DNA from: an uncultured Candidatus Saccharibacteria bacterium
Lineage (GTDB): Bacteria; Patescibacteriota; Saccharimonadia; Saccharimonadales; Saccharimonadaceae
DNA length: 64,000 nucleotides
Reading direction: 5' to 3'
NCBI GenBank assembly: GCA_947165465.1
Contig: CAMVAM010000003.1
Location: 29,289 to 93,288 of the forward strand
A model generated the notes under the pieces. That model was given only the letters and a program-made list of their open reading frames with translations, did no database searches and was not told where the DNA came from. Position numbers and translations under genes: made by a program. Shown piece after piece: positions 16,816 to 26,390 of the stretch. Numbering within the stretch: the stretch's first letter is position 1; the number at the start of each line of letters is the position of its first letter.

Positions 16816-17514
16816 TTATTTGCCTTGTGGCATGAGTTGCATCACAAGCACAACACCAAGCACCACTACGATAACTGCAGCAACCGCAACTAAGGCAATA
16901 AGAGTAGTCTTATTGTTCTTCTTCTTTGGAGCTGCCGGAGCAGAAGTGTTTGCTGGAGCATCACTAAGTGCTGGGTCCGTAAATGAAACACTTGGGGTAC
17001 GGCCTGGTTCACCAGCTGGAGCTTCGCCTTCCGGAACGGAAATCGCACTACCAATTGAACCAGGAACTGGTTCAGCAGCCTTAAATGGTGCCTTCAATTC
17101 TTCTTCAACTGGATCCGGTGCTTTCGGTGGAGCCGGCATTGTAATTGGGTCAGTCGCACCAAGTGATGGCTGTGCACCACCGGTAGGAGCCGCAAACACC
17201 TCGGAAGCGGACATCTGATTAAATACTGGAGCAGCACCAGGTGCTGGTACAGGTGGTACTGGTGGTACCGGTGCAGCAGGAGCTGGAGCTGCAGGTGCAG
17301 CAGGAGCGGCTGGTTCCGGAGCTGGTACCGGAGGCACTGGTGGTACCGGTGCAGCAGGAGCTGGAGCCGGAGCTACTGGCGCAGCTGGCGCGGCAGGTGC
17401 CGGTGCAGCAGGAGCAGCTGGTTCCGGAGCTGGTACCGGAGGCACTGGTGGTACCGGTGCAGCAGGAGCTGGAGCCGGTGTCGGGGTTGGTGTCGGATTT
17501 GTTGTTGGATCCAT
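16816..17514 (-). CDS. Pro/Ala-rich repeat protein with a single C-terminal TM anchor (232 aa)
   Basis: N-terminal TPTPTP, then repeated APAAPVPPVPPVPAPEPAAPAAP modules. C-terminal TLIALVAVAAVIVVVLGVVLV. No N-terminal signal peptide. Confidence 0.6.
   Translation of the reverse strand: MDPTTNPTPTPTPAPAPAAPVPPVPPVPAPEPAAPAAPAPAAPAAPVAPAPAPAAPVPPVPPVPAPEPAAPAAPAAPAPAAPVPPVPPVPAPGAAPVFNQMSASEVFAAPTGGAQPSLGATDPITMPAPPKAPDPVEEELKAPFKAAEPVPGSIGSAISVPEGEAPAGEPGRTPSVSFTDPALSDAPANTSAPAAPKKKNNKTTLIALVAVAAVIVVVLGVVLVMQLMPQGK
17261..17480. repeat. In-frame tandem DNA repeats encoding the PA-rich modules
   Basis: ggtggtaccggtgcagcaggagctggagc recurs starting at 17261, 17339 and 17447. The longer block gctggttccggagctggtaccggaggcactggtggtaccggtgcagcaggagctggagc recurs with a 108-nt (36-codon) period. 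Confidence 0.8.
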
Positions 17515-17581
17515 TTCTTATATTCCTTACTTTTTAATTCACATATACTTTATTTTAGTTTACCACTAACACTTTGATTTG

Positions 17582-20500
17582 TTAATACCTCGGTGCGATT
17601 TCATGAGAGTAGACTGCCGTCAGATTCTTGTGTTCATTACCAGGATCTGCTTTGGCTCTACCCCAAAGAATCGTCGAAGTATCATAATTCACGATTTCGG
17701 CCGGCACCTTTGAATTCACACCGGTCGCTGCACCATAAGTACGGTTAAAGAACAGTTTATTCGTTACAATTGCACCATTTACTTGCAAGCGATTCGAGTT
17801 TTGCCTCAAGTTGATATCGCCAGATTCGCAAGTATTCAAGTTTTCTTCCGCAATAATAATTGCATCAATTCTTGAAACCGTACAGCCAATCGTAATATTG
17901 TTTGCATAGAGAATCACCTTCGGGATTTGCTCAAGAGACGTGAATGTTGAGCTCTGGTACTGAATATTACCATTAATAGTGAGGTCTCCGGAAACATTCA
18001 CGATGTGTGTTCTACCAGTATTCACAGTATTCGCACCAATCGTTGCATTACCGTCAACATTGTATCTTACAATATTCTTCGCCGTACTATTATTAAATGT
18101 AATTGTGGAACCGCCGGCAAGATTATTCGTTAGGCTATCCTCATTTGGCAAAGCTCCAATCATCGCCTTGCGATTTGTCAGAACTGCCGAGATTCCCGAA
18201 TTACCAGTCGCCTGTGCACCCGGACAGATTGCCGACGCGATATTACTTGAGTAATTCGCTATCGAGAGCGGTACCCGGTACTTACAGTAGTTTGAGGCCG
18301 GCTCTTGTGAGCCACCTCCCGCGATGTTATTTGCAAGACCAGCTGAAGCGCCAGACGCGAGCGCAAGCACTGTACCATTTGCAACTACGCTTTGCTCTAC
18401 CCATGATGAAAATACAAACACACCGCTAAATGCTGCTAGGCCTTTCAAATTATTCTTAACTGCGGCAGTAGTCTTTACTGTGCCACCTGAATACAAGCTA
18501 CCACCCCAAACCTGGAAGCTTGGTTTTTTAGCGATGATAAAGCACTTTGATTCTGAAATGCGCCACTTGTGGCTACCTTCCTTATCGTCCCAGTTCGTGT
18601 AAGCACCGCTATTTGATGGATAAGTTGCCACCGCCACACAGAGGTGAGTCCCAGCCGGTTGATCCGGTACACTCATTTCAAGCACACGATTATTAATGAT
18701 GCCATCAATTCTACCAGTAGTGTTAAGTGGACTACTTTCCTCATTATCGTAGCGACAATTATTATTATCTTTAGTAAGACCGAAGTAGTTACAGACATCA
18801 TTTGTCTTGCCAGTACCCCAGCCACTTGATGCTGGTTTTTCGCCATTGACCGGGATGTAAACAATGATACGACCTAAGAATTCTGGTACTACCGTAGCAT
18901 ACTTTTGAGCATCCGAGCCGTCCGTAGTCTCCGGGTTCGTACGTGGCACTACGTCAATCTCGTATTTAATTTCCTTGCTCTCACCAGCATAAATCGGATC
19001 ATCATTATCGGTCTTAATCTCAAGATTTAAGTCATAGTTATATGGTACATATGCATGCGCCATACTCGTCTTACTCGATGTATCAACATTCGCAAGGTTT
19101 TCTTTTGCTGAACTATACGATGAGAACGTCACTTGGCTTGGCGTCGATGCCGTAGAGTGATTCTTAGAAAGGTTCGTAGTGGCTGATTCAGCTAAATCCT
19201 TACCTACTTCTGAAATTGCTACCCGATGCGTATTAACTTCCTTACGCTTAGTCGAATTACCAATACCATAAGAATGTGTCTGCGTGTAATTAAATGAAGT
19301 ATTGCTGTGTACTAGGAAAGCACTATTCCATGAATTATTCTGACCACGGTTTTGATTAAATAACTGGTAGAGATAATAATATGTATTTATCGAACCGGTT
19401 GGCTTCACTGCGCCACCATCAATCTGCAATCTTTGCGGAATGACGTAGGCTGAATACTGAAGCACTGGATTGTAAGATGCGCGGTATGATACCGTATTAC
19501 CTGGTTTTGCATAAACGACCTTCTGGTACTTTTGATACTTCGTCGGACCATCCGGATTCTTTACGCGCATATCAATGAATGCATCACTGAGCTGGTTATC
19601 TTCCATCGTGGTCGGATCATTAGTCGGATCGTTCGGCTGAGCCTTGCCAAGCGCCGATGCGCAAAGCTTTAGATACGTATAGCTCGGAGGAGTCACCACA
19701 TTATTATTCGGCTTAAACTGCAACGTCTCACACACCACCATGCCAGGCAGTAGCGACAAGGTCGTCTGGTTATAAACCTGATGCGGGTTTTGCGTAAAGT
19801 ATTCGTTACCACTTGCCAAGTTACCATTGGCCGGAACTCTAGTGTAGTTTGAAGAGCGCGATACTACATAGTCGGTTGAACCGGTACCGGCAGTACGTTT
19901 AAGATTGTGATTAAACGTCACCGAACAACCCGAAAGCGGACAGTTTTCGATATTTTTAGTCACAGTCTTGCTAGCATCTGTCCAATCAATCGTATCGTTA
20001 CCGGATGGCGTAGTAACGTTCACTTTACCTTGGAAAGTAGACGGCTTCGCGTAGACGCAAGACTTCACAGTCACATTTCCGTTACCCTTTGGTGAGAATA
20101 CTACATAATAACATAGTGTTTGTCCCGGATAAATTGTCTCAACATATGGATTCCGATAAGCGGAATTTAACCATACGCTGAGTGTCGATCCGGATGTACT
20201 CGGCTCAAACGGCGACGTCGGGCTCGTATATTGCTGGTAACCGGAACCATTATTCAGTTGCCGATATACTACAAAGTTCACATTACCGGCGCCTTTTTCA
20301 AGTTTCATTGCAATATCAAACGCCGCGCTACAACCTGAGTTCGGACAATCTATTTGGACATTCTGCGTTTGGTTCGACTGCACAAACCCGGTACCATTAC
20401 CAGACACTGTAGTTCCGCCCGACGCTCTCGCCCTGGCCGAGAATTCCTGGTGTTGGTAAATCGCATACATGGTCTTATTGCTCCAAAGGTATTCGCCGTA

Positions 20501-21544
20501 AGTCGCGCTCGTAGACACATTCGAGCCCCACAAACTAGTTCTCCAACCTACAAATGTATACGCTGCAGCCGTGCGCCGAGTAATACTAGCATAGTTCCCC
20601 TCCTCAACCCTATCTGATACATCCGCCATTAAAGTACGGAGCGAATTACCATCCGTATCGTAAGCTACACCAGTGAGTGTATATTCCTTAATCTCATGAT
20701 AGACCGCATATTTCGTAGTATCACTATACATATATTGACCCCACCAAATATCTGTCGATGCATAGTATGAATCACGCGGATTATTCTTCCAACCTTTAAA
20801 GACGTAATTTGTCTGATCACGCTTATAAACGTAGGCATAATTTCCTTCTTCAACCGTGCTAGTCACATCACGAATAATATTCCTAAGCGAATTGCCATTT
20901 TCATCAACTGCCCTACCGGTCAAGGTATATTCTTTAATCTGCGGTTGCACTTCTTCAACTGAGCTTGGGCCACAGAACCAACCGAGAGAGCTACCATAAT
21001 TCCAACCTGCACTAAATGTATATGGATCTTGTGCTTGAAGTGCTAGATAGATTTCTCGTACATCTTCCCACCTACCATCATTCCAGTTGTAGCCATAGGC
21101 ATATTTCATTGGGCCACCAAAGAATACTGAATAGTAAGCGCCGGAACCAATCGAACTGATACCACGCTGATCATATTTGCTATATGAGTATCCACAGTTT
21201 GAGTTACTATATCCCTTTTGTGCCACCCAAGCATAACGCCAATAGCCACCATAATCACCACAACCCGTAACCCAACCACCGGCAGCCACGCCATCTTCCT
21301 GACAAGTATAATCGTTCACGGTACCACTAATATAAAACCCATTTGAGCTAGTCGAATACCAACGCCACACGGCACCGAAACAGGTAGCAAGCACGAGGTT
21401 TTCACAACCAGGCACACCACCATAACCGCCACCATAACCTTCACCGGCCTGCACGGAGCCAATCATTACGGTGCCACTTATAATCATCGAGATAAAACCA
21501 CCAAGCAAGATTCCGCAGATTCTTTTTAGGCTAGTTTTCACCAC
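17582..21544 (-). CDS. Giant (1320 aa) secreted/surface modular protein, putative adhesin
   Basis: N-terminal signal/TM, a Gly/Trp/Tyr/Cys-rich region, and two ~80-aa repeats (IKEYTLTG...GNSLR...VEEGNYA...Y.F.GW) resembling Listeria-Bacteroides repeats. Also two modules with CP.SGCS..F, and a C-terminal region with beta-helix-like N/G/T-rich periodicity. Confidence 0.6.
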   Translation of the reverse strand: MVKTSLKRICGILLGGFISMIISGTVMIGSVQAGEGYGGGYGGVPGCENLVLATCFGAVWRWYSTSSNGFYISGTVNDYTCQEDGVAAGGWVTGCGDYGGYWRYAWVAQKGYSNSNCGYSYSKYDQRGISSIGSGAYYSVFFGGPMKYAYGYNWNDGRWEDVREIYLALQAQDPYTFSAGWNYGSSLGWFCGPSSVEEVQPQIKEYTLTGRAVDENGNSLRNIIRDVTSTVEEGNYAYVYKRDQTNYVFKGWKNNPRDSYYASTDIWWGQYMYSDTTKYAVYHEIKEYTLTGVAYDTDGNSLRTLMADVSDRVEEGNYASITRRTAAAYTFVGWRTSLWGSNVSTSATYGEYLWSNKTMYAIYQHQEFSARARASGGTTVSGNGTGFVQSNQTQNVQIDCPNSGCSAAFDIAMKLEKGAGNVNFVVYRQLNNGSGYQQYTSPTSPFEPSTSGSTLSVWLNSAYRNPYVETIYPGQTLCYYVVFSPKGNGNVTVKSCVYAKPSTFQGKVNVTTPSGNDTIDWTDASKTVTKNIENCPLSGCSVTFNHNLKRTAGTGSTDYVVSRSSNYTRVPANGNLASGNEYFTQNPHQVYNQTTLSLLPGMVVCETLQFKPNNNVVTPPSYTYLKLCASALGKAQPNDPTNDPTTMEDNQLSDAFIDMRVKNPDGPTKYQKYQKVVYAKPGNTVSYRASYNPVLQYSAYVIPQRLQIDGGAVKPTGSINTYYYLYQLFNQNRGQNNSWNSAFLVHSNTSFNYTQTHSYGIGNSTKRKEVNTHRVAISEVGKDLAESATTNLSKNHSTASTPSQVTFSSYSSAKENLANVDTSSKTSMAHAYVPYNYDLNLEIKTDNDDPIYAGESKEIKYEIDVVPRTNPETTDGSDAQKYATVVPEFLGRIIVYIPVNGEKPASSGWGTGKTNDVCNYFGLTKDNNNCRYDNEESSPLNTTGRIDGIINNRVLEMSVPDQPAGTHLCVAVATYPSNSGAYTNWDDKEGSHKWRISESKCFIIAKKPSFQVWGGSLYSGGTVKTTAAVKNNLKGLAAFSGVFVFSSWVEQSVVANGTVLALASGASAGLANNIAGGGSQEPASNYCKYRVPLSIANYSSNIASAICPGAQATGNSGISAVLTNRKAMIGALPNEDSLTNNLAGGSTITFNNSTAKNIVRYNVDGNATIGANTVNTGRTHIVNVSGDLTINGNIQYQSSTFTSLEQIPKVILYANNITIGCTVSRIDAIIIAEENLNTCESGDINLRQNSNRLQVNGAIVTNKLFFNRTYGAATGVNSKVPAEIVNYDTSTILWGRAKADPGNEHKNLTAVYSHEIAPRY

Positions 21545-22124
21545 AAGTCCCTCCCATACAACCGTAGTATTCTCTATATGCCGCTATCGATAGCTCCAAA
21601 TATTCTGCTGATTTTTGCTTGTATTCAGCAATCAATTCAGCATCCGAAGTTTCTTCATTCTGTTTAATCAAATCTTCATAAATAATCGAATAGGTCTGAT
21701 AATAATCGCCTCTAATCCTTAGTGGTACTTCCGGGAAGTTCACTTTATCCATTTCCTCGAGGGCTAAATCATAATATCCAAAACTATCTTTATCAAGCTC
21801 TTTAATGTAAGCGAGCAAGAATTCATATTTATATTCCCTGTCTTCACATTGCTCTGCATATGCTTTAAGTGTATCTAGCTCTTCACTCTCGGATAATTTC
21901 GTAGTAGTTCTTACAATCTCATTGCTAACTTCGCCGAGATCGTTAAATTCACACTTAACACTAATCTTCGAGTTATCCTTCGGACGACCGAAATTAACAT
22001 AAACAAGCCCCGCCGTTAACCCGATGATTGCAAGGATTAGAAAAGCCAAAAAGCCTTTCAGAATAATGTTATTCTGCTTTTTCTCAACCGCAACCGGTGC
22101 AGAACCACTCTCTCCCACGTCCAT
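21531..22124 (-). CDS. N-terminally anchored membrane protein (197 aa), unknown function; 14-nt overlap with the giant surface-protein gene
   Basis: One TM (ILKGFLAFLILAIIGLTAGLVYV) followed by an acidic helical ectodomain. TATAAT lies 6 nt upstream of the ATG at 22124. Confidence 0.55.
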   Translation of the reverse strand: MDVGESGSAPVAVEKKQNNIILKGFLAFLILAIIGLTAGLVYVNFGRPKDNSKISVKCEFNDLGEVSNEIVRTTTKLSESEELDTLKAYAEQCEDREYKYEFLLAYIKELDKDSFGYYDLALEEMDKVNFPEVPLRIRGDYYQTYSIIYEDLIKQNEETSDAELIAEYKQKSAEYLELSIAAYREYYGCMGGTCGEN

Positions 22125-22194
22125 ATATATATTATATTAGCACAAGTATTTTAAATTTTTAATATTATTTTTAGCGATTTTTTATAAAATTCTT

Positions 22195-24081
22195 TTAGCG
22201 GCCACCGCCTCCGCCGCCTCCGCCGCCTCCACCGGAGAACCCACCGCCTCCACCGCCGGAGAATCCAGACGAGAATCCCCCACCACCCGAAATACTGCGT
22301 GAGCTCGAATAACTCGTCGAAGTGTTTGCATATCTTGTAGCGCTACTAATTAGAGAATGCATGGCGTATGTGTCCATCCCACTGCCGTACCATTCCGGTT
22401 CTTCAATATCCACTGTTTTACAGTAATCTTCCATTTCCTTCATCCAGCTTTTTTCCAGTCCAAACACTGCCGCATATGGAAGTAGTTTCTCATATAAATT
22501 CACAATCCCCTTCGCCGAAACATCCACGCCTTCCACACTCTGAAGCATCTTCATCCTATCTGCTTCCGCCATTTTAATATACATTTTAAGTCCATCCATA
22601 AATCTCGAAGCTTCCAGTCCCTTCTTCGTTCTCGCCAAATATTTATTTGTGTTCTCGCGAAGCATTGCATAAACTATAATCGTAATAATTACGACCGCGC
22701 AAACTATCGGCCCAACATATTCTTTACCAACTACTTCGCCAACCAAAGCAGATTCAGAAGATGGATCGAAAAACTCTAAGAAAATAACGATTACAAACGG
22801 AATGAAATACCAAAAACCAAAGATTAAACCAAAAAATTGCATCAAGGCATTTCCACCACTCGATGTATATTCCGAATAATTACCTTCCGCAAGTCCCTGG
22901 TTTTTTAGATTCGAAATAATCGATTTGGTATAGTTCCTGCCAAGTTTCGCAAGCGATTCAGTTGGTGTATGTTTCTTAATTTCAATTTCATCACCATTTT
23001 TTACCGCTGTACCGCCGTTTAGGATTCTCAGGATATCGCTACCTTCTTTAGTAACTCTATCGGCCCTTTCAACCAAAATTTTCCACTTGTTCTTTTTCTT
23101 ACTCTCTTCGTCTTTAACTAAACGAATCTGTTTCTTCACGAGCATGTCAAGGAGCACTGCAACTTTCGAATCCTTTTTGTCACCAATATAAATCTCCGCC
23201 ATTTCGCCAATCGTGTATTTATTGTGCGGCTGAAACTCTGGCTTCACGAAGAATCCTTTATAAAAACGACGCTTTTCACCAACTTTAATAAATTTTCTTA
23301 ATGGGAAGAAAAGAGCTAAAAGGCAAATAGCAATCACGGCAATCATAATTAAGATCAATGTGTAGTTCTTGTCGAGCGGCGGGATAACAAAGGTGCCGGC
23401 CTTAAACTGCACGTCAAATGTTAAGTTCTCATAACGGTCCAAATTCTCCGCCACAAATTGCACACCATCTTCTAGTTCCGTTATTTCACAACGTCCATCG
23501 TTTTTGCCATATTTGCCGACGTAGCACCATTTTTTATCTTCATAATTTTCTTTTACTTCCGGCGAAAAATGCACTCTCGCCGTCACTTTACTAAACTTCT
23601 GGAACCAACCGGTACCATTGGTGTCCCAGTATAATTCCTGATATTCCGTCCAGTCCGTTACTGGCTTCACAAATTCATATTCTAATTGGTAAACTTGCGT
23701 ACCGTGTAAATACTCTTCTGTACCGGTGCAAACGCGGTAAAAACTATTAATCTTCTCTAAAGAATACGGCTTTTCTACTACGCCATTACGTTTCAAAACC
23801 AAATTCGATTCATTCAAATCATAAAGTATGATGTTTTTATTCTCGAGATTCGTGAACGGAATGTCGCGGCAGATTCCTTTGTTCTGATCCATATCCGGAA
23901 AGACCGCTGTAAATCTTTCTTTTACACCGAGTTTTGATACGCCTTCTTCATCTTTTGACAAATAATAGTCCGCCGTAAAATCACTGAAATAAAAATTCTC
24001 AGTATCAATAGCAAAAGCGTTCCCGCCAAAAAGCGTCAAAGAGATTAAGAATAAACTAATACTTAATTTGGGAAATCGCAT
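22195..24081 (-). CDS. DUF2207-family membrane protein with a C-terminal poly-Gly tail
   Basis: Signal peptide, a ~230-aa ectodomain, TM segments and a terminal SGGGGFSSGFSGGGGGGFSGGGGGGGGGGGR tail, as seen in DUF2207 proteins. Confidence 0.6.
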   Translation of the reverse strand: MRFPKLSISLFLISLTLFGGNAFAIDTENFYFSDFTADYYLSKDEEGVSKLGVKERFTAVFPDMDQNKGICRDIPFTNLENKNIILYDLNESNLVLKRNGVVEKPYSLEKINSFYRVCTGTEEYLHGTQVYQLEYEFVKPVTDWTEYQELYWDTNGTGWFQKFSKVTARVHFSPEVKENYEDKKWCYVGKYGKNDGRCEITELEDGVQFVAENLDRYENLTFDVQFKAGTFVIPPLDKNYTLILIMIAVIAICLLALFFPLRKFIKVGEKRRFYKGFFVKPEFQPHNKYTIGEMAEIYIGDKKDSKVAVLLDMLVKKQIRLVKDEESKKKNKWKILVERADRVTKEGSDILRILNGGTAVKNGDEIEIKKHTPTESLAKLGRNYTKSIISNLKNQGLAEGNYSEYTSSGGNALMQFFGLIFGFWYFIPFVIVIFLEFFDPSSESALVGEVVGKEYVGPIVCAVVIITIIVYAMLRENTNKYLARTKKGLEASRFMDGLKMYIKMAEADRMKMLQSVEGVDVSAKGIVNLYEKLLPYAAVFGLEKSWMKEMEDYCKTVDIEEPEWYGSGMDTYAMHSLISSATRYANTSTSYSSSRSISGGGGFSSGFSGGGGGGFSGGGGGGGGGGGR

Positions 24082-24970
24082 CTTTTAATACATTAATTGA
24101 TTTTTGTAATTCGATGCCTTCTTTTTCAGAAATCTTGATATCAAGACGTCTGACAATACCTTCACGACCAACCACGGTCGGCCAACCAAAACACGTATCT
24201 GAGAAAGTATCATAGGAGGATACCGGAAGAACACGCATTTCATCATTTAAAATACAATTCAAAATTTGCACACAACAAGTCGCGATACCGTAATGTGTAG
24301 CACCCTTCTTTTCGATAATGTCGTATGCTTCGTTGCGGACATATTCGGAAATATCTTTCAAAGTCTCCTTTGGTAAAATCGAAGTAATCTTCTGTCCACC
24401 AAGATCAGCAAGTGAATAAAGCGTAAGTTCGGAATCACCATGCTCGCCTACTTGGTATGCATGAATCGATTTCGGGTTCACACCAAGGAAGCTACCAAGG
24501 CGGAAACGTAGTCTAGCAGAATCCAGCACTGTGCCGGAGCCGATTACTTTCTCAGCCGGAAGACCGGAGAATTTCCAAGTGTAATAAGTGAGGACATCCA
24601 TCGGATTCGTGACCACGAGAAAAATACCATTGAAACCGCTCTCCATGATTTGTTCAACCATGCCTTTTAGAATATTCACATTTTTCTTCAAAAGTTCCAT
24701 GCGAGTTTCGCCTGGGCGCTGGGCAGCACCGGCGGTAATGACAACAACATCACAATCTTTGGCATCTTTATAAGTACCATTTCTGATTTTAATATAACTC
24801 GGCGCTACAGCTAGCGCATCAGTTAAATCCATCGCTTCGCCTTCGGCGTCTTTTGCGATAATATCGGTTAAAATAATTTCATTGACGGCTGTCCGCTGGT
24901 TTAACAAAGCAAATGCAATGCTTGCACCAACATTACCCGTGCCCACGATCATGATTTTATTATTGTCCAT
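24056..24970 (-). CDS. ldh: L-lactate dehydrogenase
   Basis: GTGNVGAS NAD-binding loop, AGAAQRPGETR (Gln at the LDH/MDH discriminating position), GEHGDS. I prefer the ATG at 24970 over the listed TTG at 24988, because TGCTATAAT sits 6 nt upstream of 24970. Confidence 0.88.
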   Translation of the reverse strand: MDNNKIMIVGTGNVGASIAFALLNQRTAVNEIILTDIIAKDAEGEAMDLTDALAVAPSYIKIRNGTYKDAKDCDVVVITAGAAQRPGETRMELLKKNVNILKGMVEQIMESGFNGIFLVVTNPMDVLTYYTWKFSGLPAEKVIGSGTVLDSARLRFRLGSFLGVNPKSIHAYQVGEHGDSELTLYSLADLGGQKITSILPKETLKDISEYVRNEAYDIIEKKGATHYGIATCCVQILNCILNDEMRVLPVSSYDTFSDTCFGWPTVVGREGIVRRLDIKISEKEGIELQKSINVLKDAISQIKY

Positions 24971-24976
24971 GCTAGT

Positions 24977-24985
24977 ATTATAGCA
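24977..24985 (-). promoter_or_regulatory. Extended -10 box (TGCTATAAT), 6 nt upstream of the ldh ATG
   Basis: The minus strand reads TGCTATAAT-ACTAGC-ATG. Confidence 0.55.
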
Positions 24986-24990
24986 CAAGC

Positions 24991-26376
24991 TTAATAATCT
25001 GTGTCAAAAAGTGATTCAAAATAAAGTTTTAATTCTTCCCCAACAAATTCGTCACGGTCATAATTTTGCGATAATTCACTTAAGAAAGTTGGTGCTAGGC
25101 GTTCCAAACGCTTATGGCGATACTCTTCCCACTTCGCAGCCTCCGCTTCGGAAAGAGATTTCGGGAAATTGCGGCCCTTGTAATGAAGCAGTAGTTCCGG
25201 CAAACGTTCGTCCGTAAAATCCGGATAATAATCTACAAGTCCATTCTCATCTTTTTCGGCCACTTTCCTAACTTTCGCACGGTCAAAATCGTCTAGGAAC
25301 CCATCATAGAGCGCACCCTCAGGCTCAATAGCCGGTGGATATTCCGGTCGGTTCTCAATCTTAAGACGCATCTGCTCGGCAAAATGCGGGTCATCAAGAA
25401 GTACCTTCAAATTCTCTTCTACCCGCTCTTTAGTCAGGCCGATTTTCTCCCAACCATCATTCTTATCGAGCACCGAGATTGGTGCAATCGCCGGACATTT
25501 ATTAAAGCAGAATTCCTTCACATATGGGAAGAATCCGCGGTCTTTCATGCCATCCGCATTCTCGTCTTTTTCTTTCGCTTTTTTCTTTAAATCTTCTAGA
25601 TTATAGCGAAGATCAAATACTAAAATGTTTCCGTTTCTAGAACTCGTTAAAGGAAATGCTACAGTTGTTTTATTAAATGCCGACTCATACCGTCCAGACG
25701 CATACACAAATGGCATTTTGTTCTCAAGATTCACATACTTTTTAATATCGCGTTTGTCACGCATCTTTAGCATGAACTTAAACATGTCCGACTGTTTTTC
25801 TTTTATGAGTTTCGCCACGGCAATCGTCGCATAAACATCCGAAAGTGCATCATGTGCGTGCTCATGTTCCAGCCCGTTTAGTTTAGTCAGAAGCTCCAAA
25901 CGGTTTGTCGGCCGGCCATCATCCGTAAATGGCCAATTAATTCCCTCCGGACGAATCGCACGAACCAAGCGTACCACGTCGAGCATATCCCAACGCGAGC
26001 GGCCATCCTTCCATTCCCATTCATACGGGTCACGGAAGTTACGCCAAAAAGTCGCGCGCATAAATTCATCATCAAATCTTACTGTATTAAAGCCAAGCGC
26101 AATCGTGTCCGGCGTAAAGATTTCTTCTAAGGCAATCTTACAGAACTCGGCTTCCGAAATCCCGTCTCGGAGTGTTTGCTGTGGCGTGATTTTCGTGACC
26201 ATAATGGCGCCCGGGCTAGGTAAAGCATCCGGCGACAGTTTCACCAAGATATTTACCGGCTCACCAATTGGATTCAAGTCCATGTCGGTCCTCTGCCCGG
26301 CAAACTGCATAATCCTATCTTCGCGTGGGTTTAAACCACTCGTTTCAAGATCATAGAAGAAAAACGTTTTATCCAT
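24991..26376 (-). CDS. sbcB: Exodeoxyribonuclease I (DEDDh 3'-5' exonuclease, SbcB-like)
   Basis: N-terminal FFFYDLETSGLNPREDRIMQFAGQRTD parallels the ExoI Exo-I motif. HDALSDVYAT is the Exo-III motif. The size (461 aa) fits ExoI. Confidence 0.8.
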   Translation of the reverse strand: MDKTFFFYDLETSGLNPREDRIMQFAGQRTDMDLNPIGEPVNILVKLSPDALPSPGAIMVTKITPQQTLRDGISEAEFCKIALEEIFTPDTIALGFNTVRFDDEFMRATFWRNFRDPYEWEWKDGRSRWDMLDVVRLVRAIRPEGINWPFTDDGRPTNRLELLTKLNGLEHEHAHDALSDVYATIAVAKLIKEKQSDMFKFMLKMRDKRDIKKYVNLENKMPFVYASGRYESAFNKTTVAFPLTSSRNGNILVFDLRYNLEDLKKKAKEKDENADGMKDRGFFPYVKEFCFNKCPAIAPISVLDKNDGWEKIGLTKERVEENLKVLLDDPHFAEQMRLKIENRPEYPPAIEPEGALYDGFLDDFDRAKVRKVAEKDENGLVDYYPDFTDERLPELLLHYKGRNFPKSLSEAEAAKWEEYRHKRLERLAPTFLSELSQNYDRDEFVGEELKLYFESLFDTDY

Positions 26377-26390
26377 ATATATATTATATA

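Noticed and set aside
17261-17480. A CRISPR-like or other non-coding repeat array. The same question applies to 27756-27800, 63273-63337 and the G-rich run at 22198-22300.
   Set aside because: All are in-frame coding repeats: PA modules, AEAPK units, the TP linker and the DUF2207 poly-Gly tail. They have no unique spacers and there are no cas genes. No CRISPR array is present in the window.
17241-17537. Plus-strand ORF (LVQVV...PVQQELE repeats) opposite the PA-rich gene.
   Set aside because: It is the mirror image of the GC-rich coding repeats. The minus-strand reading has a start context, a TM anchor and a stop, so the plus-strand ORF is an artefact of repeat symmetry.
24971-24988. The N-terminal extension MCYNTS of ldh (TTG start at 24988) given by the ORF track.
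   Set aside because: The extension would be translated from the TGCTATAAT promoter box itself. The ATG at 24970 gives the canonical MDNNKIMIVGTGNVGAS N-terminus.
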